In this document: positions 35,959 to 45,921 of the stretch, in pieces
Layout: each line of letters starts with the position of its first letter
How positions within the stretch are numbered: the stretch's first letter is position 1
Source: a virus
IMG/VR virus record: IMGVR_UViG_3300032087_002150
Location: 64,001-128,000 of that record
Direction: 5' to 3' (one strand)
Length of the DNA: 64,000 nt
Program-made: the position numbers and the translations under genes
The notes under the pieces: generated by a model
Told to the model about the DNA's origin: nothing
Database searches by the model: none
What the model saw: the letters and a program-made list of their open reading frames with translations, nothing else

Positions 35959-36630
35959 TTAAAAAGATCTTTTTAAGGATGAGAGGAAATTTTTGTACTC
36001 AACGATTTGATCCACGCCATTAATAGACGGAAGCGCATCGACATGAGTTTCGATTTCAGTCTCTTGTTCCTCACATATCTCTTGAGCAGTAAGTACGCCA
36101 TTGTTCCAGACCCATTCAACACCTTCCATGATTCCATTAACAAATGCTCCTGGTGCAGATGGATCTTGCACGATGTCAACCGTGCTTAAAACAAAGTCGT
36201 CCTTAACATACATTGCGCCATTGCGCTGCTCAAGACTACCCATTCCACGAGTTGAGACACCAAGATTTACACCGCCCTCAAGCAATCCCTGTACGATCTT
36301 GCCCATAGGAGTATCTAATATTGATGCCTTTCCGATAACATCATTGCCTTCAAAGTGAAGGTCAGTGATCTTATGCGAAACTTTGTCGAGGTTGACGGTT
36401 GGACCATCAGGATGGTTCAGTTCGCCAACTGCTCTATCTTTTGCGACCTGCTCGGAAACATACTTCTCGACGGCAGACTCCATAATTGGTTTAGGGTACA
36501 CCCTACCATTACGGTTCTTCTGCTCTGCCTGAGCAAATACACCTTCGATAACATATGACTTCTTGCCGTCTTTTCTTTCTTCGACAAGACACTGTAGTGT
36601 GTTGTCATTATATTCAGCAATTAGTTTCAT
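35959..36630 (-). CDS. 21: Prohead protease (gp21)
   Basis: NRNGRVYP, GELNHP, GVSTRGMGS, DIVQDPSAPGAFVNGIME. Confidence 0.96.
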   Translation of the reverse strand: MKLIAEYNDNTLQCLVEERKDGKKSYVIEGVFAQAEQKNRNGRVYPKPIMESAVEKYVSEQVAKDRAVGELNHPDGPTVNLDKVSHKITDLHFEGNDVIGKASILDTPMGKIVQGLLEGGVNLGVSTRGMGSLEQRNGAMYVKDDFVLSTVDIVQDPSAPGAFVNGIMEGVEWVWNNGVLTAQEICEEQETEIETHVDALPSINGVDQIVEYKNFLSSLKRSF

Positions 36631-36827
36631 GTTAGTTCCTTGATCGCAGTTTCTATTGATTTTTGTGCGTCCCTTTGACTACGGAACGTATCTAACATAT
36701 CTCCGTCAATATAGGCAACGAAACCTTTGGCAGTCTTTTGTATCTCAGTTTTAATTCTGCGATACTTCTTCGTCCAGACTACTTCGCCCTTCGGTTTGCG
36801 TTGCCTTAATTCGGAGAACGTAATCAT
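36627..36827 (-). CDS. Small head-region protein
   Basis: ORF between the gp67-like gene and gp21, behind late promoter TATAAATA at 36834-36841. Confidence 0.6.
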   Translation of the reverse strand: MITFSELRQRKPKGEVVWTKKYRRIKTEIQKTAKGFVAYIDGDMLDTFRSQRDAQKSIETAIKELT

Positions 36828-36836
36828 AAGATTTAT

Positions 36837-37376
36837 TTATACGTTTTCTTCTTCTGATTCGTCTTCAGACTCTTCAGAGTTTAAAATTTCTTCAACTTCA
36901 TCAGCATAGAGTCCAAGGGTATCCTCTGGTTCCTCATGCTCTTCCTCATCAGGAAGTTCTGCTACTGGTTCTTCTGGAGTAGGTTCTTCTTCTACTTCAG
37001 GTTCTTCAACCTCAGCAACTTCTGGTTCCGCTTCTGCCTCTGCTTCGACTTCAACTTCAGTCTCTGCTTCCGCTTCCGCTTCTATTTCTGCATCAACCTC
37101 GTCTATTGCTGCCTCTACTTCCTCATCAGAAAGTTCTTCTTCGGCACCGTTATAAACTTGATTGGCGATTCGAATCTTTTCTTGGTCCATAGCATCATTG
37201 ATTCTATCTTGAATCAAATCTTGGAACATTTTACTAGAGGTGAAAGCATCACCCTTTTCAATTGAGTTCACCAAATCAGCAACTGTAACAGTTACAGGTT
37301 CTTGTGTCTCGTTTGAGACATCACTCATTTCAACTTCAGGTTTAGTTTCCATCATCATCTCCTGCTGGTTCATCAC
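36837..37376 (-). CDS. Acidic prohead core protein (gp67-like)
   Basis: Extremely Glu-rich; directly downstream of the portal gene. True start uncertain. Confidence 0.65.
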   Translation of the reverse strand: MMNQQEMMMETKPEVEMSDVSNETQEPVTVTVADLVNSIEKGDAFTSSKMFQDLIQDRINDAMDQEKIRIANQVYNGAEEELSDEEVEAAIDEVDAEIEAEAEAETEVEVEAEAEAEPEVAEVEEPEVEEEPTPEEPVAELPDEEEHEEPEDTLGLYADEVEEILNSEESEDESEEENV

Positions 37377-38916
37377 CTAGTTCATCTTCTTTGGGACCTT
37401 CATTCGCTATAGCGAGGTCCATTTCTTCTATTTCTTGATCGGTAAAATGAAATACATTTTTCATTACCCATTCTTTAGAAAGATATTCACCAACATACTG
37501 GGATGCTTGATCCATTAGACCTAAACGCTCTCGGAACACTTCAGCATCTTTCAGTTCAGTATAATGATTATCTTTATAAAAGTCTACTCGAATGCGATTG
37601 TGGAACAGTTCCATCCAATCACTATCAGTAATAATTCCTTTCAGTACAAGTTGCTGTCGAAGAATATGAATGAACAACTTGCTGAATCTAGCACGTAATC
37701 GTGAGATAAACTTCTGGAATTTAATTTCTTCACGATTGATCTCAGTAGCACGACCGAGCGAATACGCTTGCTCCTGCTCCAGTCGAGATACTGGCACGTT
37801 CAGTGCTTGATAAACCTTGCGCTGGAAATACTTGATGTCATCAATCTCACCAAGATTTGAACCGCCAGGAAGTGTAGTCACCTCAGTTCCGCGACCACCT
37901 TCTCGGCGTGGTAACCAGAAGTCATCAAGCATAGACATATGCTTACGGGAATCTTTCAGTTCGCCAGTTGCCTGATCATATACCAGTTTGTTTCTGTAGC
38001 GAGTCATCAAAGAGTTTACATACTCTTCTGCCTTACCCTTCGGCAAGTTACCAGTGTCAACGTAAAAGATTCTTCGCTCGGGTGCACGCGCCAGTCGATA
38101 GATAATCAAGGAGTCTTCCATCATACGCAACTGATTAATTGGTCGCAGTGCTTTATGAAGGTGAGAAATGACTTTCGCTTTCGTGTCGTCCAGTACACCT
38201 GAAGTGACATAACTTACTGAGTCAACGCTGAGTTTAACTGCTTGGTTCGCTGTTGGATCTACACCAGCAGGAACACCTTTCTTGGTTTCAAAGTTCTTAT
38301 CAGAGAAAAGATAGAACTCTTCAACCTTGTTTACAACTTTTACACCTGATGCTTTATCTTCTTTCTTCTTGACGTTACGCACCTTGCGCATCTTCATAGA
38401 GTCGATGTATCGAACCTCTTGAATACCTGCTTTCATGTTTGCGTTATCAACAATCAGGTGATGGTACAGTCTACCGTCAATGTACCAACTACGGAAAATG
38501 TCATGAGCACGCTCATTAAAGGTGAGCATATTCAAAACATTTTGGAATTCTTCAACAATCTTTTTCTTAATACCAACAGAAACATCAACCCTATCAAGAT
38601 TGACTTCTACTACATTTTCGTCGTCAGGTATTACGATTGCTTCGTTTACAATTTCTTCAATCGCCATATCAACTTCAGGGTGAGTTGCTGCTTGACGATA
38701 TTTTCGAATGAGGTCTGCCTGATCTTTTACTTGAAGATCGGCATAGATATTCATGTGAGTGCCATATGCATACGAAGGAGCAGTTACATAACCTGCGCCA
38801 TCGTCGTCAGTTGGCGGAACAACTGATGCAGCAGGAGCCGGTGTTACAGCATCCTGATCTTTTTTAGACCGCCTGATCTCAAAACCAAATAATTTAATTC
38901 CGTCGCCTTCTGCCAT
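37342..38916 (-). CDS. 20: Portal protein (gp20)
   Basis: WYIDGRLY.H, NQLRMMEDSLIIYRLARAPERRIFYVD.GNLPK.KAE, DFWLPRREGGRGTE. Confidence 0.98.
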   Translation of the reverse strand: MAEGDGIKLFGFEIRRSKKDQDAVTPAPAASVVPPTDDDGAGYVTAPSYAYGTHMNIYADLQVKDQADLIRKYRQAATHPEVDMAIEEIVNEAIVIPDDENVVEVNLDRVDVSVGIKKKIVEEFQNVLNMLTFNERAHDIFRSWYIDGRLYHHLIVDNANMKAGIQEVRYIDSMKMRKVRNVKKKEDKASGVKVVNKVEEFYLFSDKNFETKKGVPAGVDPTANQAVKLSVDSVSYVTSGVLDDTKAKVISHLHKALRPINQLRMMEDSLIIYRLARAPERRIFYVDTGNLPKGKAEEYVNSLMTRYRNKLVYDQATGELKDSRKHMSMLDDFWLPRREGGRGTEVTTLPGGSNLGEIDDIKYFQRKVYQALNVPVSRLEQEQAYSLGRATEINREEIKFQKFISRLRARFSKLFIHILRQQLVLKGIITDSDWMELFHNRIRVDFYKDNHYTELKDAEVFRERLGLMDQASQYVGEYLSKEWVMKNVFHFTDQEIEEMDLAIANEGPKEDELGDEPAGDDDGN

Positions 38917-38937
38917 ATTTGAAATCTCAGTTGTGGA

Positions 38938-38961
38938 AGAAAGGGGGAGCGAACTCCCCCT
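38938..38961 (-). terminator. Terminator after gp19
   Basis: GGGGGAG-TTCG-CTCCCCC-TTTTC. Confidence 0.75.
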
Positions 38962-38991
38962 GCTTTACTTTACTTATAGTCTTCTTGCAAG

Positions 38992-39540
38992 TTATCCAAG
39001 AATAGCACTATTCGTCCAGTAGTCGTACTCAATTGTCACAGTAAAGGTCTCGATTTCACCCGCCTGAGCAAAATCAAGGTCAATAGCAGACACGTTAGTT
39101 GGGAACGCATTCTTAAGGATGTACTTGCCCTTAGAACTTGGTGTACCCTGTTGATCTGCCTGATGAACTTCCATATCAACAGCATATGTGCCGATACCAG
39201 AGTTATTTGACTGTTGACCTTCGTTGCTTTCATGGGTGTTGATACCGCTCATCCATGCCTCAAACGCACCACGGAGTTCGTGGTCTACATCATTGTAAAC
39301 CGTGATAGTCCATGGTTCGAATGTTCGGTCGCCTGCCAACTTAATGATCCTGCCTCGGAATGGTACTTCTACCAGTCCAACCGTGCTAGCAGGCAACTGG
39401 GCACTGCGGCACATAAATGAGGCAAGTTCATTGTCACCACCAGCATATCCTGGGAAGTTGACTTTGACCTCGAACATATTGGCACGAGCGCCACCCTTGA
39501 CCAACTTACCGCGAAACTGATCTACATTAAGAATTGCCAT
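38992..39540 (-). CDS. 19: Tail tube protein (gp19)
   Basis: GGAR.N.FEV, PFRGR.IKLAGDRTFEPWT.TV.ND, FP..VS.IDL, F.VT..YDYW. Confidence 0.96.
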   Translation of the reverse strand: MAILNVDQFRGKLVKGGARANMFEVKVNFPGYAGGDNELASFMCRSAQLPASTVGLVEVPFRGRIIKLAGDRTFEPWTITVYNDVDHELRGAFEAWMSGINTHESNEGQQSNNSGIGTYAVDMEVHQADQQGTPSSKGKYILKNAFPTNVSAIDLDFAQAGEIETFTVTIEYDYWTNSAILG

Positions 39541-39568
39541 TTTAGTATCTCCTTGTAGTCGTTACGGG

Positions 39569-41353
39569 TTAGAATTGAATGCCAGAGTTAACGATCTCTT
39601 CAAAGTTCGCACCAGTTCTAGTAGCAACAAAGTTCAACGTGATGAAGTTGATGCTTCTAGATGGCTTGATGAAGAGTGTCGCAACGAACTCGTTACGATC
39701 GATAACTTCTGGGGTGTTGTTACGCTCGTCACACTGTACGAAGAAGTCCTGAATACCACGACGTGCTTGAATCTCTCGCAGGAGAGGTTCTACAATCGCT
39801 ACGAACTCGGCGCGAGTAAACTCGTCGTTGAATTCGAACAGGAAGTTACGTGCAGCAACAGAGATCGCTTTCTCGAGAGCAAGGAACAAGCGTCGAACAT
39901 TGATGCGATCAAACGCAGATGGTCGAGCAAGTTTAGTCTTGTCGCCGAACAGGATAATACCACGTCCTGGGAACTGAACAATTGGGTTTACACCCTTTTT
40001 GTACAGTTCGTCACGCTCTGCTTTACTTGGTGAATAAGCGAGGTTGGTCACACCAACATACTCACCGCGTCGCTCACCAGCAGGTGACCACCATGGACCA
40101 TAGTTTGTGTCCGCAGCAGCCATAATACCAGCAGTGGTAGAAGCAGCAGGAATGTAGATGTAGTTGTCGTTGTACTTGTCGTATACACGCAAGAAGTTGT
40201 TATCAACGATCAAGTAAGAAGACGCTGTAAACTGATTAGTAGTTTCCAGAGTGTCATTTACTGGATCAATGTTGTTAACAACGTCATCGCGAGCAGGCGA
40301 CGCAATAGCAACACAATCTTTTCGGGTTACGCCAGCAATTGCGGCGAGGTCATTAACGAGAGTGACTTGATCAGTCGTCGACGACATACTTGGAGCAATC
40401 AACAATGAAACGTCAATTTGCTCTACGTCTTCGAACTCATCGAATCCGTTTTGGATATCACCGACATCCAAAGCAGCGCCATCACGTCCACCAGAAAGAG
40501 CAGTGTTAGCAGAGTCTTCAGACCAAGATACGTTAGTGGCGTAGTTGGTAGTTCCTGAAGTAGCAGGAGCAGTGCCCCAAGTGGCAGTAGCAATGGTGTT
40601 TACTGAGTCGACATCACCGGACCAAATATAATTTGAACCGTTGTTCAGCACAGTTTTGAAGAAGTTGTCAGAACCGTCTACAGTCTTGGCGCCAGAAGCG
40701 ACAGACAGGAATGGGAATGTCTCGAGGACAGTTCCTTTAGTTCCTGAGATAAGACCGTCTGAGTCAACTACTACAAGGTGAATTTCGTCATGTAACACAG
40801 TTCCTGGTCGGTCAAGTGCCCATTGAGAAGTTCCTGGGATAGCATCAAACTTATCTGAATAATCCCATGCTGCCCAGTTAGTGGCAGTCTGAGCAGATGA
40901 GTCAGTTTCGCCTGATTCAATAGCGAAAATAGAAACTGCGAGAGAGTTACCGAGCTCTCCTGGATACTTTGCGACAAACATGTCGAGTCCAGATTGTTGC
41001 TCGAAGTGATCTTCATTCTTGACTTGGTGCTTAGTAGCAGTCAAAGAAGAGTTAAGTGCGCTGTCACCGATAGCGACGCTACCAGATGGAATCGCACGAC
41101 AGACTTGCAGGTTCCCAGAATAACGCAGGTACTGAGCACAGGAGAAATAATCTACTGCGTGATCAGCATCTGGCGTACCAAACTCTCTTGCGAGTTCATC
41201 TTCATTAGAGACGATAGTTGGTACTTCAACGGGACCCCACTTAAATGCTCCGACATATCCAGCAAGCGAAGTATCAACATTTGGGACCACAGGGGTCAAG
41301 TCGAATTCGCGAACTACGATAGCAGGAGACAGAGATGGAGCTGTAAGTGCCAT
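39569..41353 (-). CDS. 18: Tail sheath protein (gp18)
   Basis: SP.IVVREFDLT, WGPVE, PWWSPAG..RG, FDRINVRRLF, FEFNDEFTR, IKPSRSINFITLNFVA. Confidence 0.98.
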   Translation of the reverse strand: MALTAPSLSPAIVVREFDLTPVVPNVDTSLAGYVGAFKWGPVEVPTIVSNEDELAREFGTPDADHAVDYFSCAQYLRYSGNLQVCRAIPSGSVAIGDSALNSSLTATKHQVKNEDHFEQQSGLDMFVAKYPGELGNSLAVSIFAIESGETDSSAQTATNWAAWDYSDKFDAIPGTSQWALDRPGTVLHDEIHLVVVDSDGLISGTKGTVLETFPFLSVASGAKTVDGSDNFFKTVLNNGSNYIWSGDVDSVNTIATATWGTAPATSGTTNYATNVSWSEDSANTALSGGRDGAALDVGDIQNGFDEFEDVEQIDVSLLIAPSMSSTTDQVTLVNDLAAIAGVTRKDCVAIASPARDDVVNNIDPVNDTLETTNQFTASSYLIVDNNFLRVYDKYNDNYIYIPAASTTAGIMAAADTNYGPWWSPAGERRGEYVGVTNLAYSPSKAERDELYKKGVNPIVQFPGRGIILFGDKTKLARPSAFDRINVRRLFLALEKAISVAARNFLFEFNDEFTRAEFVAIVEPLLREIQARRGIQDFFVQCDERNNTPEVIDRNEFVATLFIKPSRSINFITLNFVATRTGANFEEIVNSGIQF

Positions 41354-41428
41354 TTTAGTTTCCTCTTTGCAAAAAGAAATTATAAGTTTTATACATTATA
41401 AGGTCGGCACCTAAGTGCTCAATGCATT

Positions 41429-41436
41429 TATTTATA
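41429..41436 (-). promoter_or_regulatory. T4-type late promoter (TATAAATA) for gp18
   Basis: Exact late consensus upstream of gp18. Other copies at 36834, 47349, 47765 and 54343; variants at 38971 and 51496. Confidence 0.8.
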
Positions 41437-41447
41437 AGTTGGTATAT

Positions 41448-43073
41448 TTAGGCGTAATCCTCAGGGTTATAGACCAACCATGGGTCTGCCTTCTCCTCAT
41501 ATGATACTTCAGGAACTTCTTCTTGCTTAAATCCGAAGGGTGGGACGTCTTCTTCTATTTCTTGCATACGTTGCTCAAACATCATTTTCTTAATATTGAT
41601 ATCAGTCATCTCTGCAAAGAATGTAGTTTGTACCAAGAAACCGAACATAACAAGGTTCATGACCAAGTCATCGTGATTCCCGTCTTTCGCTTCGTATGAT
41701 GCACCCTTTGCTTCAAAGGTGCTTATTTCTAGTATAGTGTTTTCATCCACAATGTCAAGTTTGCGCTCTTCCAGTAAGTCTTTAAATCCTGAGCATCCAA
41801 GACGTTTAGTTCGTCTTGTCATCTCTACGCCGATACCACTAGATTTTACTGTAGAGGACATGTGCACGTTTTCATATTCTCGTTCGTGATATAATCCAGA
41901 ACAAACCAGTTGACCTGCATCGTTAGATTCTATCACCACATATGCTTGATTGTAAGAAGTCGCCCATTTATAAATAATATCTGGGAAGAGTAGTGGAGAA
42001 ATAAGATTGTTGCGATACACTGCTACCTGTTTGAAAGGTCTACTGCTAATGTCGATGACGTTAAACGTACTATAATCCTGTCCTCTCCCTTTACTTACGT
42101 CAACACACATGACGTATTGTGACCCCTTGCGAGGTTCATCGTAAACAAGTAGATCACCGCCCTCGAGAATTTTCTTGGGTCGACCTGCCTTCAGGTTTAA
42201 CAGGGTCTCGGCATTGATTAACGTATCGCCTGTACCGAAGAAGGTGTTGCCAAACTCCTGATCAAACTGTATCTGAGAAGTGTTATTAATCGTTTCTTCT
42301 TTCCACTTCTCGTCTCTCCCAGGAACGTCCCACCAATCTACACGGAACGGTTTATATTCATTCACACCCTGTACGGCACCTTCCCATATCTTATGGAAAG
42401 GATTACCGATACCGTTGGCGGTAGATGTAATGATCACCTTCGTATCTTTACCTGACGAAACCACAGGGTAAGTTGAGGTGTAAAACTCCGCTGCCCTTTC
42501 GACGAACGCAAACTCGTCAAGGAACAGTAGGTTTACAGACTGACCACGAATAGATGATCCGGAAGTCGCTGCGGCAAATATCTTTGAGTTATTACTAAAC
42601 TCTATACTACCTTTGTTTAGAACCTTACATCCTGGTTGTAGATAAAAAGGCAGGTTCTCTAGCATCAAGGTGATACGCGAAAGCATCTCCCTCGCAGTCG
42701 CACCCTTGTTAGCAAGGACTGCTACAGTTTTCTCAGGGTGAAATATAGCATACCAAAGGAGATATGCTACCGAGGATATAGACTTACCAGACTGACGACA
42801 AGCAAGGACAACAGTAAAACGGTTGTCATTAAATTGCCGGAACATTTCCTCTTGATATGGGTACAACTCAAACGGGACTAGACCATCGTTGAGATTAATG
42901 ATTTTTAAATGGTTAGTAGCAAAGTGAGCAGGGTCCGACATACACTTGGCGTACTCGGCAACTTTTTCTTGAGTCCAATCCTCCTGTATGCCATCTTTCT
43001 TGACATGAGGATTACCGAGATAGTGCGTGTCGGGTTTAGACTTGGTCGTGTCCTGAATCTGCGAGGGCATCAT
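41448..43073 (-). CDS. 17: Terminase large subunit (gp17)
   Basis: RQSGKS, LFLDEFAF, STANG, DVSKG.GQDYS, HDDLVM. Confidence 0.98.
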   Translation of the reverse strand: MMPSQIQDTTKSKPDTHYLGNPHVKKDGIQEDWTQEKVAEYAKCMSDPAHFATNHLKIINLNDGLVPFELYPYQEEMFRQFNDNRFTVVLACRQSGKSISSVAYLLWYAIFHPEKTVAVLANKGATAREMLSRITLMLENLPFYLQPGCKVLNKGSIEFSNNSKIFAAATSGSSIRGQSVNLLFLDEFAFVERAAEFYTSTYPVVSSGKDTKVIITSTANGIGNPFHKIWEGAVQGVNEYKPFRVDWWDVPGRDEKWKEETINNTSQIQFDQEFGNTFFGTGDTLINAETLLNLKAGRPKKILEGGDLLVYDEPRKGSQYVMCVDVSKGRGQDYSTFNVIDISSRPFKQVAVYRNNLISPLLFPDIIYKWATSYNQAYVVIESNDAGQLVCSGLYHEREYENVHMSSTVKSSGIGVEMTRRTKRLGCSGFKDLLEERKLDIVDENTILEISTFEAKGASYEAKDGNHDDLVMNLVMFGFLVQTTFFAEMTDINIKKMMFEQRMQEIEEDVPPFGFKQEEVPEVSYEEKADPWLVYNPEDYA

Positions 43074-43401
43074 GTTGAGGAGTAATATCCTTTTCGTTCA
43101 CTTGTTTCAGCGCACGCTGAAGATCGGTAGTTGAACCGATAAAAACATTCGTCGTTTCTTGTTTAGGTAGTGCCTTGACATCTTCCTTTTCTATATCCTT
43201 CTTTTGCTTGTGAAGGTTCATCAACTGTTGAGAAACATCAGAGGTGTCTTTTATAAGTTTGGCAAGAACTTCATATGCTCTGGGGTGTTCGCTGCTCTTA
43301 GCGACTTCAATCATTTCTTCTACACCGTCGCGACCCTTGCCGATTAAATCGTACAGAGTTTCTCTGGCGAACTGGTAGTCATTATCTTTATCTGATTCCA
43401 T
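43036..43401 (-). CDS. 16: Terminase small subunit (gp16)
   Basis: DY..AR..LY.LI, A..SEHPRAYEV, VFIGST.DLQ. Confidence 0.93.
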   Translation of the reverse strand: MESDKDNDYQFARETLYDLIGKGRDGVEEMIEVAKSSEHPRAYEVLAKLIKDTSDVSQQLMNLHKQKKDIEKEDVKALPKQETTNVFIGSTTDLQRALKQVNEKDITPQHDALADSGHDQV

Positions 43402-44213
43402 TATGGATTATTAAAATAGTCATGAGGCACATAGGTATCACTATCTAGTATTGACGGCGATACGGTATAATCAGAGTCCAATGAAACTGGACGAGGATTC
43501 GTTTCAACTCTTACAGTCTCCAAATACCTATCAGAGTCAGCAGAGTTAATATCCATATTGTACATATCCATGTCGATACGAGTAATAATCTTGCCTTCGT
43601 CTGGTTTTGGACCATAGAAGTTTACTTTCATATCAAAGGTCAAGGTATAGATTATCGTACGACGATCTTCCATCGCTCCTTCAAAGTTATCAGTAAATGC
43701 TACCGACTGTAATATTACAGGAACGTCTTCTTTGATATCCGGATAATCTTCAATCGGTTTAAAACTTACTGTGTATTGTGGAGCAAAGTAAGGCAATATT
43801 TGTTCTACTACTTGTAGGGCATCGTTGTGCTGTTTAGCATAAACATTAAGTTCAAACGTAATAATGTATGGAGTTGCAGTGTAGAACTTACTCGCTTTCT
43901 GACTGTCTTCAATACCAGTTCTAGTAAAATAATTGGTCTTAGGAAGTTGTCGTTGAGCATCATACGCAATTGATAGAACTTCAAAGGACATACGAGGCAG
44001 TTTGATTGCTAACTGTCTTTCATTATCCTCGCCCTGATTCATTTCATTGATACGTTCTAAGAACTTACGAGCAGGCGCATACGCCAGAGGAACTTTTTGC
44101 TGGGCATAAACATTATTACCATCACGGCGAATCATGTATAGGTTGTTGAACATCGCACCAAATACTGCGACGCACTTCCTAACTCGCTCGTGATAAAAAT
44201 GACCGCCAAACAT
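43401..44213 (-). CDS. 15: Tail sheath stabiliser / terminator (gp15)
   Basis: FG.MFNN, VPLAYAP..KFL, LPRMSFE, QVVEQILPYF.P. Confidence 0.93.
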   Translation of the reverse strand: MFGGHFYHERVRKCVAVFGAMFNNLYMIRRDGNNVYAQQKVPLAYAPARKFLERINEMNQGEDNERQLAIKLPRMSFEVLSIAYDAQRQLPKTNYFTRTGIEDSQKASKFYTATPYIITFELNVYAKQHNDALQVVEQILPYFAPQYTVSFKPIEDYPDIKEDVPVILQSVAFTDNFEGAMEDRRTIIYTLTFDMKVNFYGPKPDEGKIITRIDMDMYNMDINSADSDRYLETVRVETNPRPVSLDSDYTVSPSILDSDTYVPHDYFNNP

Positions 44214-45157
44214 TAACTAAAATCCCCAAATGGATTATCTTCGCTGAAGTCTACGAACTCTAATACAGAAACATCAAAGTCAGTGACGTTAGAAGTCCAA
44301 GTACTGCTCGCTCCTATTGGATTTATATCTCCACCAGCAGCGCCAGATTGAATCTGTTGTAGTTCAGCAACAGCAATAGGAGTAGCGATAGAAGTCGCAA
44401 CTCCGACGCTATCAACAGAGAAAACTTGCCTTGTGGTAGTAAAGGACTTGTACTCACCAGAGGTGTTACCAACGTTGGCAAGTCTCATAATATTATCGGA
44501 ATCAGACCAGTGTACAACTTCACCAGTAACAACATAATCGTCGAATGCTTGAGTAACTCTATCCCCTCTAGTGAATCCATTAGAGGCAGAGTCCATAGTA
44601 AGTTGCCACTGATATGCGGCGAACTCTTCAATGTCGTCGATGCCCTGATATGTACCAGTACTGAACCGTTCTCCACTGTACTCGAACAACTCAAGTCTCA
44701 TTCTGAATACAGGAAGTTGCCCTAACTGATAGAAAGGATTCTCATCTTCTACCTTCATAATCTCAAAGGTAGAACCAGATAATGGAATGTGTATCAGGTC
44801 GCCTTCGCGAGGACGATAGTAGACATCATCTTTTTTCTCAACATACTGACGAATCTCGCTGTTAAATCTACGGCGAGCCATAATAACTGTGGCAGCATCA
44901 CGGATCTCTACACCAAACTTTTGAAAGAGGTCGCCCTCTCCATCGTATCCTTCTACGTTTTCAACATAGACTTCTACTTTGAATGCATATCGAAACTCTG
45001 AAAGAATCTCATCATTAAAGACCATATCTCTGGACACAACTTCTCGGGGCAGATAATAAACATCTTGCCCATAGAACTTGAGAGATTCAACGATTAGATT
45101 TTCGTAGAGAGCTTGTTCAGATTTTACGTTGTGGCGAAAGTGTACTGAAGTTGCCAT
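44213..45157 (-). CDS. 14: Neck protein (gp14)
   Basis: ES...YGQDVYYLPRE, KFG.EIRD, RPREGDLI, PFYQLG, ELFEYS, DFSEDNPFG. Confidence 0.93.
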   Translation of the reverse strand: MATSVHFRHNVKSEQALYENLIVESLKFYGQDVYYLPREVVSRDMVFNDEILSEFRYAFKVEVYVENVEGYDGEGDLFQKFGVEIRDAATVIMARRRFNSEIRQYVEKKDDVYYRPREGDLIHIPLSGSTFEIMKVEDENPFYQLGQLPVFRMRLELFEYSGERFSTGTYQGIDDIEEFAAYQWQLTMDSASNGFTRGDRVTQAFDDYVVTGEVVHWSDSDNIMRLANVGNTSGEYKSFTTTRQVFSVDSVGVATSIATPIAVAELQQIQSGAAGGDINPIGASSTWTSNVTDFDVSVLEFVDFSEDNPFGDFS

Positions 45158-45161
45158 GACG

Positions 45162-45920
45162 TTATCCTACAAAGAAGTCTGGCGGCACTTCCTGTTCGAG
45201 ACGCATTCTTTCTCGAATCTTTTCCTGTTCTTCTCTGCCCTCTTCGATATAGCGAGCGCCACTAATGGTGACGCCGCCAGGAAGTTGCATACCTTCAAAC
45301 TTTGACATATTTTGACCCCACTGCTCTTTGATAAGGGCAGTGGTATAGTCCTTAATGAACATATCATTGTAGATATTGGTATGCGTTGTTGGATCAACGG
45401 TTTGATAAACTTCAAGAGCAATATATTTTCCAGCACTCAAGGTGCCGTCTTCAATATCGCTGTGCATATATAAACGATTTTGCCGACGTGCAAAAGTAAT
45501 TAAAGGTAGACCATTGACTTTCATATCAATCAACTCCATGTACTGACGAACTTGGTCATAGTACGACAGACCGCCATAACCAACATCAGACATTTGATGA
45601 AAGTCGCTCATGGCAAATTGGTAGTTGAATGAAAAGAAATTAGAACTGTTAATGACCGAAGCACTAACAGGGAACATTTTAGTTACATACAATATATTTG
45701 TAGGTAGAGTAATATATTTGTTTGTAATGTCGTCAGATGTTAACTGATGTTCGTAATAGACGCGCATAGTTGCGTCGTGATGAAACTCTTGATACAACTG
45801 AATGGCATCATCAATCTTATCTTCGATTTGATCTTCATCGACGTTGACTTCAACAACTGGTTCACCCAGTCTACGAAGGCAAAATTCGATCAGGTCAGCG
45901 CGAGATGAAACTACCGCCAT
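45162..45920 (-). CDS. 13: Neck protein (gp13)
   Basis: LRRLG.PV.EVNVD.DQ, YTTALIK.QWGQN.SKF.G.QLPGGVT. Confidence 0.94.
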   Translation of the reverse strand: MAVVSSRADLIEFCLRRLGEPVVEVNVDEDQIEDKIDDAIQLYQEFHHDATMRVYYEHQLTSDDITNKYITLPTNILYVTKMFPVSASVINSSNFFSFNYQFAMSDFHQMSDVGYGGLSYYDQVRQYMELIDMKVNGLPLITFARRQNRLYMHSDIEDGTLSAGKYIALEVYQTVDPTTHTNIYNDMFIKDYTTALIKEQWGQNMSKFEGMQLPGGVTISGARYIEEGREEQEKIRERMRLEQEVPPDFFVG

Positions 45921-45921
45921 G

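Noticed and set aside
3938-43073. Introns, inteins or homing endonucleases in gp43, gp46, uvsW, gp20 or gp17
   Set aside because: All are continuous and of normal length, with no splice or endonuclease motifs.
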